Source: a bacterium (GTDB lineage Bacteria; Patescibacteriota; Patescibacteriia; HK-STAS-PATE-3). Taken from it: a DNA stretch of 64,000 bases. A program made the translations under genes and the position numbers. The notes beneath the pieces were generated by a model that was not told the origin of the DNA, ran no database searches, and saw only the letters and a program-made list of their open reading frames with translations. This document shows positions 37,234-46,259 of this stretch, in pieces (position 1 is the stretch's first letter; every line of letters begins with the position of its first letter). Location: contig JAZDMR010000034.1 in NCBI GenBank assembly GCA_043800725.1, positions 4,374 through 68,373 of the forward strand, given 5' to 3'.

Positions 37234-38367
37234 CTAAGAGCACGGCATACCACATCTATTCCATATTTTTTGGAAATCAAAGTTAAACTCTTTTGTAGCC
37301 GGACCGCCGGGAGTAATAGGTATTTCAAAAATAAAGCAGTTTGATTCATTTTCTGGATCAGCTTGCTTACAGAGAGTGTGGAAGTAGGGGGTCCCAGATT
37401 CAAAATAAACATCCAGCCAAAACTGAGTCAGTGGTACTGGGTCTTGACTTTCTGATTTCAGAATAAAGCTTTTATTTAATTCAAAATTTTCCTCACCTTC
37501 CAATGTTCCGACCTTATGTTTATCATTATCACAATCCGGACAAGTGCGCCAAAGTTCAATTCTATTTAGTTTTTTTCCGTCAACCACGCTGACAACTTTC
37601 CCTCTGATTTCTATGAAGTTATCATAATAGCCGCACTGATAGCCACCTCCGGTACATGAGTCATACGGATCATGTTCTCCTTTACAGGGTAAGCAGGATT
37701 GAGTATTATAGGGGCAAGACTGGCTCAGGCAGAACAGGTCACCTTTTTCTTTCTTAGAATCTTCATAATGATAAACATCTCCGCAATAAACCTCTGCACC
37801 GGTCGCATATTTTTGGTAATCTATCCCATCTAGGGTCCGACAGAAATCACCAGCAAATTTTGGTTTTACTCCGATAACGGACGGCACTCTTAATTTCACT
37901 AAATCAGGGTTTATCGCGGCTAACAGCACATACGAGGTAAGAACGAGTATTAGGCCTATGACTGCTCCGTTCATGGTTGACTTGGCATTGGTAATTTTTG
38001 ATGCGTCGCCCGCCGCGGTAAGCCACTGTATGCCGGCGTACATTGTCATAACCGCGGCTAAAATCCCCACCACCCAGACAAAATATACGTAAAAACCCTT
38101 GATATAAGTTGATATTGCCGCGCTGCCGTCTCCGCCAATAAAATTGTGAGTTTGTATCCCGCCCGTGGTTTTGATACACTTAAGCGTTTCAGTAACGCCT
38201 GGCAAGGGAATATTCAAATGCACCTTGCCTGTGACTTGGCTGATAAAATTTGCGTCATCACATCTAAGCAAGACTCCTTCTTGGGCATAAGTTAATACGG
38301 GCATCAGGGCAAATAAAAAACCTGCCCCCATAATGCAAATTATAATTTTTTTTGTTTTGCTCGGCAT
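37234..38367 (-). CDS. Secreted/membrane protein (377 aa) with the VirB2/TrbC-like hydrophobic hairpin and a Cys-rich C-terminal domain; paralog of 34096..35292.
   Basis: Signal peptide. Shared segment FYVYFVWVVGILAAVMTMYAGIQWLTAAGDASKITNAKSTMNGAVIGLILVL. Cys-rich C-terminal region (CLSQSCPYNTQSCLPCKGEHDPYDSCTGGGYQCGYY...CPDCDNDKH). Confidence 0.55.
   Translation of the reverse strand: MPSKTKKIIICIMGAGFLFALMPVLTYAQEGVLLRCDDANFISQVTGKVHLNIPLPGVTETLKCIKTTGGIQTHNFIGGDGSAAISTYIKGFYVYFVWVVGILAAVMTMYAGIQWLTAAGDASKITNAKSTMNGAVIGLILVLTSYVLLAAINPDLVKLRVPSVIGVKPKFAGDFCRTLDGIDYQKYATGAEVYCGDVYHYEDSKKEKGDLFCLSQSCPYNTQSCLPCKGEHDPYDSCTGGGYQCGYYDNFIEIRGKVVSVVDGKKLNRIELWRTCPDCDNDKHKVGTLEGEENFELNKSFILKSESQDPVPLTQFWLDVYFESGTPYFHTLCKQADPENESNCFIFEIPITPGGPATKEFNFDFQKIWNRCGMPCS
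37970..38095. repeat. Copy 2 of the ~128-nt near-identical repeat (see 34817..34944).
   Basis: Direct comparison. Confidence 0.7.
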
Positions 38368-38386
38368 TCGGTGTTTGAGTAGTTTT

Positions 38387-39220
38387 TTATAAATTTATTA
38401 CTTCTGCTAGCTTGTCCAAAATAAGATTCCAAAGTATCTCTTTATAATTCTGAAACACATAAACAATTGCAAAGAGAATAAATAACCAGACCAGAGTAAG
38501 TACTACAAAAATAAGTGCTTTGGCGCCCCGCACTACCAGTTCAGGCGGCGTCATCGAAGGTACTAGCGCTAATTCGAAACCTTTGACATTAATCGTAAAC
38601 ATTTTACCCAATAAATTTCCGATAAACAGCCGTACCCCAAACAAGGCTAAGGGGATGATTGATAAAAATGGCACCCAGAAGTAGACAAGAGCTGCTTCTT
38701 CTAGGGCTTCATGGGCAATTTTCCATACCGCTCTCTGCGCCTGTACTGCTAATTGCTCGCCGACGGCTATAATTTGTTCTTTTGCGACCGACATGCCGAT
38801 TGCCTGTTTCTGGCCGCCGATTGCTTGTCGCGCCCTGCGAAGAGCGGCCATCGGGCTTCTTGAGAGGGTTTCGGAAGATTCGGTTTTACTGGAGGATTTA
38901 TCAGATATTATTAGATTGTTTTGCTTTGTTTGTGCTTGTTTATCAGTTCGCCTCTCCTGCTGAAGCCGTCTTCTCCGGTCATCTGAACTGACAGGCTGCT
39001 CTTGGGCCATTAACTGATTGTCTTCCTGATAATCTTCCTCCTGATCAGTTCCGTTTTCTGGCATTTGTTCTGGTTGTAAAGAGCTAGAAGATCCCGGAAG
39101 TTTTATCTTCGATTGGCTAGTCTTGGGCCTTACCAGCCGCCGTTCAGCTCGATAACTGCGCCGATGCTGACGCTCGATCCCAGGCACTGGCTGCGTAGTT
39201 GTTGCTTCATTAGCCACCAT
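38387..39220 (-). CDS. Membrane protein (277 aa) with a charged, low-complexity N-terminal half and ~4 C-terminal TM helices.
   Basis: Hydrophobic C-terminus (VYFWVPFLSIIPLALFGVRLFIGNLL...ALIFVVLTLVWLFILFAIVYVF). It overlaps the downstream gene by 11 nt. Confidence 0.5.
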   Translation of the reverse strand: MVANEATTTQPVPGIERQHRRSYRAERRLVRPKTSQSKIKLPGSSSSLQPEQMPENGTDQEEDYQEDNQLMAQEQPVSSDDRRRRLQQERRTDKQAQTKQNNLIISDKSSSKTESSETLSRSPMAALRRARQAIGGQKQAIGMSVAKEQIIAVGEQLAVQAQRAVWKIAHEALEEAALVYFWVPFLSIIPLALFGVRLFIGNLLGKMFTINVKGFELALVPSMTPPELVVRGAKALIFVVLTLVWLFILFAIVYVFQNYKEILWNLILDKLAEVINL

Positions 39221-39803
39221 TTCCTCCCGGCTGGATGCTGGACGGCTTCCATTCTGCTCCGTCGACTAGCCAGCGACCTCCCTGAAAAATAAAGGTTAAA
39301 GACAGTGTTTCATAGTACTCAACGTCTGGCGCGCCAACTCGCTTCTCCGTCCGGACGACCGAGACATCAACCTTGGCTTGAGTTTGCGCTTGCCAATTTT
39401 TTATCAGGGTAGACAAGCTGTGACTGGCGATTGAGCTGAGCGACTCAGCGGCTTCTACCGACTCATGGGTCGACCTCATAACGCTCGAATATGCGGTGGT
39501 CAGCCAGGGCTTCAATTCCAGCAAGTACTCAGAGAGCGACCCCGATGACCAGCTGCCGTATCGTTCGGCAAAGCTTCTGGCAATTCCCAGTAGCTCAGCC
39601 TGTTCAGTTACTTCGATTGTCTGGATCACCGCGCTATTGGTGCCGCTATTTATAGTCACTGTCTGATTGGCATTGGCGACCACTACATTGCTGTTATTGA
39701 TATTGGCTTGATCATCAGTATCTCGCCCTAAAAGCAAGGCAATAACCGCGGCGACCGTCAGAACCACGGCAATGATCATTATGATAATAAATATTCGGCG
39801 CAT
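39210..39803 (-). CDS. Membrane-anchored periplasmic protein (197 aa); VirB8-position protein, function unknown.
   Basis: Single N-terminal TM segment (IFIIIMIIAVVLTVAAVIALLL). It lies between the VirB4-like gene and a membrane-protein gene. Confidence 0.45.
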   Translation of the reverse strand: MRRIFIIIMIIAVVLTVAAVIALLLGRDTDDQANINNSNVVVANANQTVTINSGTNSAVIQTIEVTEQAELLGIARSFAERYGSWSSGSLSEYLLELKPWLTTAYSSVMRSTHESVEAAESLSSIASHSLSTLIKNWQAQTQAKVDVSVVRTEKRVGAPDVEYYETLSLTFIFQGGRWLVDGAEWKPSSIQPGGNGG

Positions 39804-39823
39804 AAGAATAGTTTGTTAATAAA

Positions 39824-41836
39824 TTAGCCTAAGCCCTCGGTCTGACTGATTGACCTAGTGGCGGTTGTGGTTTCTTGTCCTGGGGTTTGTTCTTGTATTC
39901 CGCGAGCAACTTCTTCGGGGTTCTGACCGGAGGCTAATGCATCATCAAACTCTTCTTTGGCTTGCTCGATTTCCAGCAGTTGTCTGGGGTCAGAAGTAAT
40001 AATTTGATCTTCAGTATAACTGGCCACAACTTTAATGGCCGCGTGTTTGGCTCCGGCAAAAAATATGCCTTCTCCCACATTACACTCCAGCAATAAATAC
40101 TTTTCCCCTTGAGTGAGCAGAAAAGTCTTTTGGACTATGTCGATTCCGGCTGAAGACTGTTTCATTAGCAGCTGCAAAGCCGAGTTATTGACAATGGCCT
40201 GGCCATAAGGCGAGCGCAGAAAATCGTTAACGTCCTGGGTAATGGTGGTCACGCCCAAATAATACTTGCGGCACCTTTTAACCAGGGCGTAAATAAACTT
40301 GGCCGAATCCTCATGCTGCATTAACCACCAAGCTTCATCAATCACTAGAATCCGTTTTTTCATCTGAGAACGGACTATATTCCAGATATATGTCACGATA
40401 GTCGAGATGCCCACCGGCCGTAATTCATCTTCTAAATCACGAACGGAAAAAACCACCAGCTGATTATCTAATTCAATATTAGTGGCGCTATTGAAAAGAC
40501 CAGCAAAAGTCCCTTCGGTAAATTTTTTCAGGCGCTCGACCAGGTCTTTGGTACCGACCATGTCGGTAAGAACCTCTTCCAAATCCTTCATCAGGGGCGA
40601 TTCGACATTGGATAAATCTGAATCAGGGGTAATGTCTTTCTTGGCATAGGTCTCCAGCAGAGCTCGGTCAATCAGTGAATCCTCCTCATGAGTCAGCTCG
40701 CCTAGCATTAGGCGGAACAGCGATTTAAGGGTAATCACCGCGGAGCGGATAACATCGGCGGTTTTTTCTTCGCTGTGCTTCGGTTTGGGCAGATCAAAAG
40801 GATTTATCTTGGAATCTGCATTCAATGAAATATTTATATAAGTACCGCCCACTGCATCAGATAAATGCTTATATTCCATTTCCGGATCAATAACAATCAC
40901 GTCTGTGCCCAGCATCAGGCTGCGCAATATTTCCAGCTTAATAGCATAGCTCTTACCTGCGCCGGCAGTAGCAAAAACCACAAAATTGGCATTTTGCAGG
41001 CTGAACCTGTCAAATAAAATCAAGCTGTTGTTGTGGCGGTTAATTCCATAAAGTATGCCATTATCTGAAGTCAGATCCGAAGAAATAAAGGGGAAAGACG
41101 AGGCAATCGGCGACGAACTCATATTATAAGTAACCTGCAATTCATCATTGCCCAGAGGAATTGTAGAATTAAATCCTTGCTCAGCTTGGAAAAATGACCG
41201 TTTAGAATAAATTAAACGGCCGCCAAGCATTGACTCGATCTTTTCGGTAAGCAAATCAAGATAGTCTTTCCGGGTCGAATAAAGGGTAACGTACAGGGCG
41301 AATTGGAAAAACTTCTCTGTCCCCTGGGTTAAATCATCTCTTAACTTTTCAATATCTCGCAGGGCGGTCTCACGCACCGGATCACGAGGCGCTCCTTTTT
41401 CCGCATCGGAAATTATCTGAGCCTCCAAAACACCCACTTTATTCCTCAGCTGCTTGAGAATTACCGAGGATTCAATAGGATAAAAAAACATGCTGATATC
41501 CAGAGGAATATTAAAATTTATTATTGGCGCAAACCAACCTACAGAAATATACCGGGGGTAGGAAACAATGAATAAAGTGCGCACGTATTGGCTGCCTAAG
41601 CGAATAAAATCAGCTTCTACCTTCATGGCCGCGGGAGCAATTAAATCTCTGACCGTGACTACCCCGGCCCGATAGATTCTTTCTGACTCGAGTAATTCTC
41701 TTTCTTTTTCCGCTTGCTCGTGTTCCGACTGCTCTTTTTCGGATTCGCTAATTTTCTTCTTCATGGGAGCTGGGGGCTCTGTTCTGCCGGTAGCTTTGGC
41801 TAAATCAATTTCTGGCATATTCGCCTCCTTCAACAT
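39824..41836 (-). CDS. VirB4/TraC/TrbE-family type IV secretion ATPase (670 aa).
   Basis: Walker A motif FATAGAGKSYAIK, the DEAW Walker B motif (RILVIDEAWWLM), and a family-typical C-terminal region. Confidence 0.8.
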   Translation of the reverse strand: MLKEANMPEIDLAKATGRTEPPAPMKKKISESEKEQSEHEQAEKERELLESERIYRAGVVTVRDLIAPAAMKVEADFIRLGSQYVRTLFIVSYPRYISVGWFAPIINFNIPLDISMFFYPIESSVILKQLRNKVGVLEAQIISDAEKGAPRDPVRETALRDIEKLRDDLTQGTEKFFQFALYVTLYSTRKDYLDLLTEKIESMLGGRLIYSKRSFFQAEQGFNSTIPLGNDELQVTYNMSSSPIASSFPFISSDLTSDNGILYGINRHNNSLILFDRFSLQNANFVVFATAGAGKSYAIKLEILRSLMLGTDVIVIDPEMEYKHLSDAVGGTYINISLNADSKINPFDLPKPKHSEEKTADVIRSAVITLKSLFRLMLGELTHEEDSLIDRALLETYAKKDITPDSDLSNVESPLMKDLEEVLTDMVGTKDLVERLKKFTEGTFAGLFNSATNIELDNQLVVFSVRDLEDELRPVGISTIVTYIWNIVRSQMKKRILVIDEAWWLMQHEDSAKFIYALVKRCRKYYLGVTTITQDVNDFLRSPYGQAIVNNSALQLLMKQSSAGIDIVQKTFLLTQGEKYLLLECNVGEGIFFAGAKHAAIKVVASYTEDQIITSDPRQLLEIEQAKEEFDDALASGQNPEEVARGIQEQTPGQETTTATRSISQTEGLG

Positions 41837-42503
41837 TTACTTTTGATAAATCAGCGAACTTTTGTTGTCCTACGGATTCTGGATTGTAAGTGTTGTAATA
41901 AAGCTCTATCAGGCTCTGAGTGTCTAGCATTATGGACTTCAATCCGCTGGCGCTCAATCCATCAATCACGTAATCAGCCCGCTTGAGCAGCTCTTCCCGG
42001 TAAATCATGAATTGCCGTTGTTTAAGATGAATAACCGTCGAGGGCGATAACGCTTCTAGAATCCTATTGAAAAATCTTTTTGGCTTGTCCGAATGCGGCA
42101 TAAAAGGAATAACCACATAAAATCGCTTGGACATTAAATCGGCAATCTGAATCAGCTCGCTGACATACTCCCGATATTCCCTGGTTTGCATTCTGAGCAG
42201 CTCATTGCGCTGGCCTAGTTCGCTTTCTTTCAAGCGCTCTAAATAATTATCAATATTCAGCTTGCGAGATTGAATAACAATCTGAATGGAAAAATCCAAA
42301 GAGTTTAAAAACTGCGTATAGCTGGCAATAACCGCGTTCTGCTCTTCTTCTGACTTGAGTGAAAAATTGATTGATGAAACTAATAATACGGCGCGGATAG
42401 TGCCGTCTTTCAAAACAACGATATCGTCCTTGATCTCGAGAATATCAATATACCGCTGAGTCGGTATTACGTTTCGTTTTTGTTTTGCCGGTTTATTCGC
42501 CAT
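41805..42503 (-). CDS. VirB4 N-terminal-domain-like protein (232 aa) encoded separately; together with 39824..41836 it suggests a split VirB4.
   Basis: Pattern QRYIDILEIKDDIVVLKDGTIRAVLLVSSINFSLKSEEEQNAVIASYTQFLNSL, resembling VirB4/TraC N-domains. It overlaps the ATPase gene by 32 nt. Confidence 0.45.
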   Translation of the reverse strand: MANKPAKQKRNVIPTQRYIDILEIKDDIVVLKDGTIRAVLLVSSINFSLKSEEEQNAVIASYTQFLNSLDFSIQIVIQSRKLNIDNYLERLKESELGQRNELLRMQTREYREYVSELIQIADLMSKRFYVVIPFMPHSDKPKRFFNRILEALSPSTVIHLKQRQFMIYREELLKRADYVIDGLSASGLKSIMLDTQSLIELYYNTYNPESVGQQKFADLSKVNVEGGEYARN

Positions 42504-42999
42504 TATTGTTATCCGATAATTTTTCAGACTGTCGTTGAATCTTAATATCGGGGGTTAATTCTCCCTCATCGGGAGCATGGTAAGCCCCTCCAGTATCAAC
42601 CACTAAAGAAAGAGCAGCCAATCTGGATTTGGTTAAAACCTTTTTTTTGATATCCGGCGTAGTAATAGTGATATCCAAATCTTTTTTCCTTAATTCTGAA
42701 GTGCTGACCTGTTTATTCCAGATGCGCAGTCTCGGTTCGCGAATTGTAATTATCAAGTTCAATAGAAAAAGATGAAAAGGGCGCCCGTTTACTCTGACAA
42801 AGGCCAAAACAATAGTAATGACCGCTAAAATAATTGCGCTGAATAGAAAAAACCAAAAGTTGTTATTCAACCGATAAATCAATTCATAGCTGAAAAAAAT
42901 CAAGCCTACTCCGGATAAAAGAATTACAAACTGCCGAACGGAGATCGGGCCGATTACCTTATCTTCCACGTCAATGAATTGTGGTACTACAAATTGCAT
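42493..42999 (-). CDS. Small two-TM membrane protein (168 aa); VirB3/PrgI-like candidate.
   Basis: Two hydrophobic helices. Its position immediately upstream of the VirB4 genes matches the conserved VirB3-VirB4 order. Confidence 0.4.
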   Translation of the reverse strand: MQFVVPQFIDVEDKVIGPISVRQFVILLSGVGLIFFSYELIYRLNNNFWFFLFSAIILAVITIVLAFVRVNGRPFHLFLLNLIITIREPRLRIWNKQVSTSELRKKDLDITITTPDIKKKVLTKSRLAALSLVVDTGGAYHAPDEGELTPDIKIQRQSEKLSDNNNGE

Positions 43000-43005
43000 A
43001 TTTTT

Positions 43006-44385
43006 TTAAAAACGCAGCTTTCTATTTAAATCCACGATAGCGTGGTATTCAGCTTCTGTTAAGAGGGGCTGAGAAGCGATTTCCCTTGCTTTAACTACCT
43101 CCTTGATGTCCAGGCCTTGCTCCAGGCTCTCGCGGCTCATTGATAAGTACAGCTTATGAGTCGGACTTTGCCGCCAAGCCTGTATGCCCTCGATCCGCTT
43201 GCTAAAAGATTCCTGCCCGAGCAATGTTATCTTTTCATACACTTTTCGCACTTGACTTCCAGAATCTTCCCCTAACTTGCGAAATCCCTCAATCGACAAG
43301 CTTCCTAATTCTTCTACGGGTCCGACTAATCGACGCGGTCTGTCTGGAGCCTTGATATCTTCAACTATCGGCCGATCTGATTGTGTGGCTAATCGTATCG
43401 GAATGACCGGCCGATTTGTAGCTTGATATTTTGGAACGGGGGCAGGAGTATTTTCAGCTTTTACTGGCACCTGGCTTGATCCAGCTTCGGAGCCAAGAGC
43501 CGCAGCGGCTTTGCTGGCAGGTTGAAGATTTTTTTTCGACAGGAAGGGCTCGGGAATTTTTGGAGGTTTGGGAATCGGTGCCTCTAGCCGGACCGCTGCT
43601 GGGCTTGGATGAACTGACGGCAATTCATCGCGGACTTTATCAGACGCTTTATTAAAATCTTCGGCAACTGCTTGAGCTTGATTCTGCTCTAAGCCTAAGC
43701 CTCCGATCTTGGGTGTTCGAGTTAATAATTCCCGCGTCTCTCTGGAGCTTCTAATCTCTTTTAATCGCGCGGTGCCAATAGCGAAAAATCTTTTTTTTAT
43801 CAGATCGCTGTCCAAAATAAGATGATTTTTTTCAGCTATCCTTTCCAAAAGAGAATCAATGTCATGACCATCCTCAAGATCAAAGCTGGACAGGCGATTG
43901 GTATTCCGGCGTATTTCTTCTTCATCCTCTGGTGATTCATATGAAACGGGCACTGGTTTATGAGCCGAACTGGACTCTAGTTTAGCCTGAAAAGCGCCTA
44001 CCGACTTGGGCAATTCCCCAAAAGATGCCGCTGGCTTGCTCTTTTTGAAAACGGAAGGAGGTTGATCAACAAAATGGCCTAATTGAAAAAACTTAATTTC
44101 TCCCGAGACATTCCGTACCGGCACCCTGGCCTCGCCAGGCTGGCTAATCTTGCTTTTTATCAGGGAAACCGGGGTTGTCTGAGCCAGCAAATCCAGGAGC
44201 GGTGAATACCTCTGAGTAATCGGATTATTGGGATCACTGGGCAATAAGCGCTTAAGATACGAAAGCAGGGTGTTGGCTTTATTGGCATCACCGCTGTTAT
44301 TTATAACGCCTACTTCTTCCTTAATTATGGCTAAAGTAGCTGGTTGATTAATTGTACTGCCATTGATCGTTGATAGATCTAGCAT
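43006..44385 (-). CDS. Hypothetical Pro-rich protein (459 aa).
   Basis: ORF with coding periodicity and tight spacing inside the cluster. No recognisable motif. Confidence 0.5.
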   Translation of the reverse strand: MLDLSTINGSTINQPATLAIIKEEVGVINNSGDANKANTLLSYLKRLLPSDPNNPITQRYSPLLDLLAQTTPVSLIKSKISQPGEARVPVRNVSGEIKFFQLGHFVDQPPSVFKKSKPAASFGELPKSVGAFQAKLESSSAHKPVPVSYESPEDEEEIRRNTNRLSSFDLEDGHDIDSLLERIAEKNHLILDSDLIKKRFFAIGTARLKEIRSSRETRELLTRTPKIGGLGLEQNQAQAVAEDFNKASDKVRDELPSVHPSPAAVRLEAPIPKPPKIPEPFLSKKNLQPASKAAAALGSEAGSSQVPVKAENTPAPVPKYQATNRPVIPIRLATQSDRPIVEDIKAPDRPRRLVGPVEELGSLSIEGFRKLGEDSGSQVRKVYEKITLLGQESFSKRIEGIQAWRQSPTHKLYLSMSRESLEQGLDIKEVVKAREIASQPLLTEAEYHAIVDLNRKLRF

Positions 44386-44509
44386 GTTTCTGCTTTGTCT
44401 TTTTAGATTCGCCCCTTATATTTACGCTCAAGAAGCGCTGTTCTCAACGCTAATTTTTTATGGAAAAAATCAATAAAAGTATAACATATACTGACTGTTT
44501 CAGCAATCT

Positions 44510-44836
44510 CTACTTTTCACGTTCTGCTGCTTTATTTTGGCCGATTAAAAAAACAATTCTGCTTGCTTCCGCCTCAACTGTTGGGCCGTCATATTCTCCG
44601 GCATGAGCCGCTGTCCCCTGATAACTGGGTTTTTTCATATCCAAATGAAGGTTTAACACTAGTTCCTGAGGATTATCCTTATGCAGGTACATATGGAAGC
44701 GCGGATAAACATAGCCGCCCATCCTTCGCGAAAAACTCATTTGTGACTGCGACCTGCTCCGATCCGGGCTATAACCTAGCTTTCTGAGCAGAGTGAGAAT
44801 ATTAACTTGTCGAGGAAAATTAAATTCAAGTCGCAT
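44510..44836 (-). CDS. Hypothetical small protein (108 aa).
   Basis: ORF in the cluster, flanked by ~120-nt and ~30-nt gaps. Confidence 0.4.
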   Translation of the reverse strand: MRLEFNFPRQVNILTLLRKLGYSPDRSRSQSQMSFSRRMGGYVYPRFHMYLHKDNPQELVLNLHLDMKKPSYQGTAAHAGEYDGPTVEAEASRIVFLIGQNKAAEREK

Positions 44837-44865
44837 TAATAAGTAACAGGCGTTATCAGATTGAG

Positions 44866-46245
44866 TTAAACTATTTTTGACGACATTAGCCCGTCTTCAG
44901 GTCGAATATCCGTTTTAGCCCAGCGATATCCTTCAGCACCCAGATCAAAATAAGCAAAAGTCGCTTCTGGGCCCACTTTTCCTTCCGGCATTAAGCTTGC
45001 CAAATGGACCATTAATCGCGCAGCATCGTTTTCCGATCCGGCTGCCTTATTAAATAGCAGTCTTAGAAATTCTTTAAGCATAATTAATCGATTGGTCGGC
45101 AAATCGACCGCCCGGCTGGCAATCTCAGACGACAGCTGAAAAGCCGACTGGAGATACGGCAAAACCGCTGATCGCATAACCCGGATCATGCTTGCTTCCG
45201 TTAATATCGGCTCCATCCCGAGCTCACGCACTATCTGGAAAAAGCCGGCCACCGCTCGCCCTGAATCCCCTTTTGCTAATGCTTGGTCTGCCAAAGTCGC
45301 CAGCTGCGCCACGCTGGATTTCTGCAGAGCAGGCAGCTCTTTTTCAATCGTTTCAAAGTGTCTGATTAAATTCTGGCTGTTGGTTAAGCTGGCTTGGACA
45401 ATCTGTTCCTCAGTTTTACTTGGCTGGCTGGGAATATTATCCGGAGCCGGGATGGCGGGTTTGCCGGCTGGGCTAAACTGATTGCTATACAGCTTATTAA
45501 TCGGCCTAACAAAACCATCGGGGACTTGGTTAACAGGAGTGATTTTTTCTTCGCCCTGCACAGATAATACCGGACCTTCTTCAAACCTAAGGATATTAAA
45601 CCAATTAAATAATTTATTAAGAAGCTGTATTTCTTCTTCTGGTAGATCTTGCACATTAGGACTTTTAGCGATATATTCAGCGATCATTACATTACCGCTG
45701 GATGGATGGTTAGTGGCAAATTTTTCATAGTCGTCAATCCAGTTTCCAATCGTCGGGTCAACTGTAGCGCCAGTATAAATCTTAATACGCTTTGTGCTGA
45801 TTAATTCGGTCGCTGTCCTTAGTCCATTTGTCAAAGCATCCAGCCACCTTATAATATAGTCGGGTAATACTTCTTTTGACAGCAAGAGCATGGTTATGAC
45901 CTTATTTATTTCGGTATATTCCGATTCAAAAATAGGCAAGGCATGTGCGCTGATAAAAGATTTAACTTGTTCCGGAGACCAGGAACTAATCTGCCAAAAT
46001 TGACCAATCGCCCTAATCGCTTCAATCTCAGTCTTTATCTCCTTGGAAAACGTCATTCCGGGAACGCTTTTTATTTTCTGATCTAGGATTTCAAGAAAAC
46101 TGCCTGCCGCGCCGGATTTTTCCCGATAATACGGGTGATCAATTGATTTGCGAATAAGGCGCAGGGCTTCTACGCTGTTTAATTCGTCCGCTTCAATCAG
46201 AGACAATTCAGCGGGGTATATTGGATCGAGGTCTGGAATTGGCAT
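44866..46245 (-). CDS. Hypothetical protein (459 aa).
   Basis: ORF 15 nt downstream of the VirB6-like gene. No recognisable motif. Confidence 0.5.
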   Translation of the reverse strand: MPIPDLDPIYPAELSLIEADELNSVEALRLIRKSIDHPYYREKSGAAGSFLEILDQKIKSVPGMTFSKEIKTEIEAIRAIGQFWQISSWSPEQVKSFISAHALPIFESEYTEINKVITMLLLSKEVLPDYIIRWLDALTNGLRTATELISTKRIKIYTGATVDPTIGNWIDDYEKFATNHPSSGNVMIAEYIAKSPNVQDLPEEEIQLLNKLFNWFNILRFEEGPVLSVQGEEKITPVNQVPDGFVRPINKLYSNQFSPAGKPAIPAPDNIPSQPSKTEEQIVQASLTNSQNLIRHFETIEKELPALQKSSVAQLATLADQALAKGDSGRAVAGFFQIVRELGMEPILTEASMIRVMRSAVLPYLQSAFQLSSEIASRAVDLPTNRLIMLKEFLRLLFNKAAGSENDAARLMVHLASLMPEGKVGPEATFAYFDLGAEGYRWAKTDIRPEDGLMSSKIV

Positions 46246-46259
46246 TGTAAATATTAATA

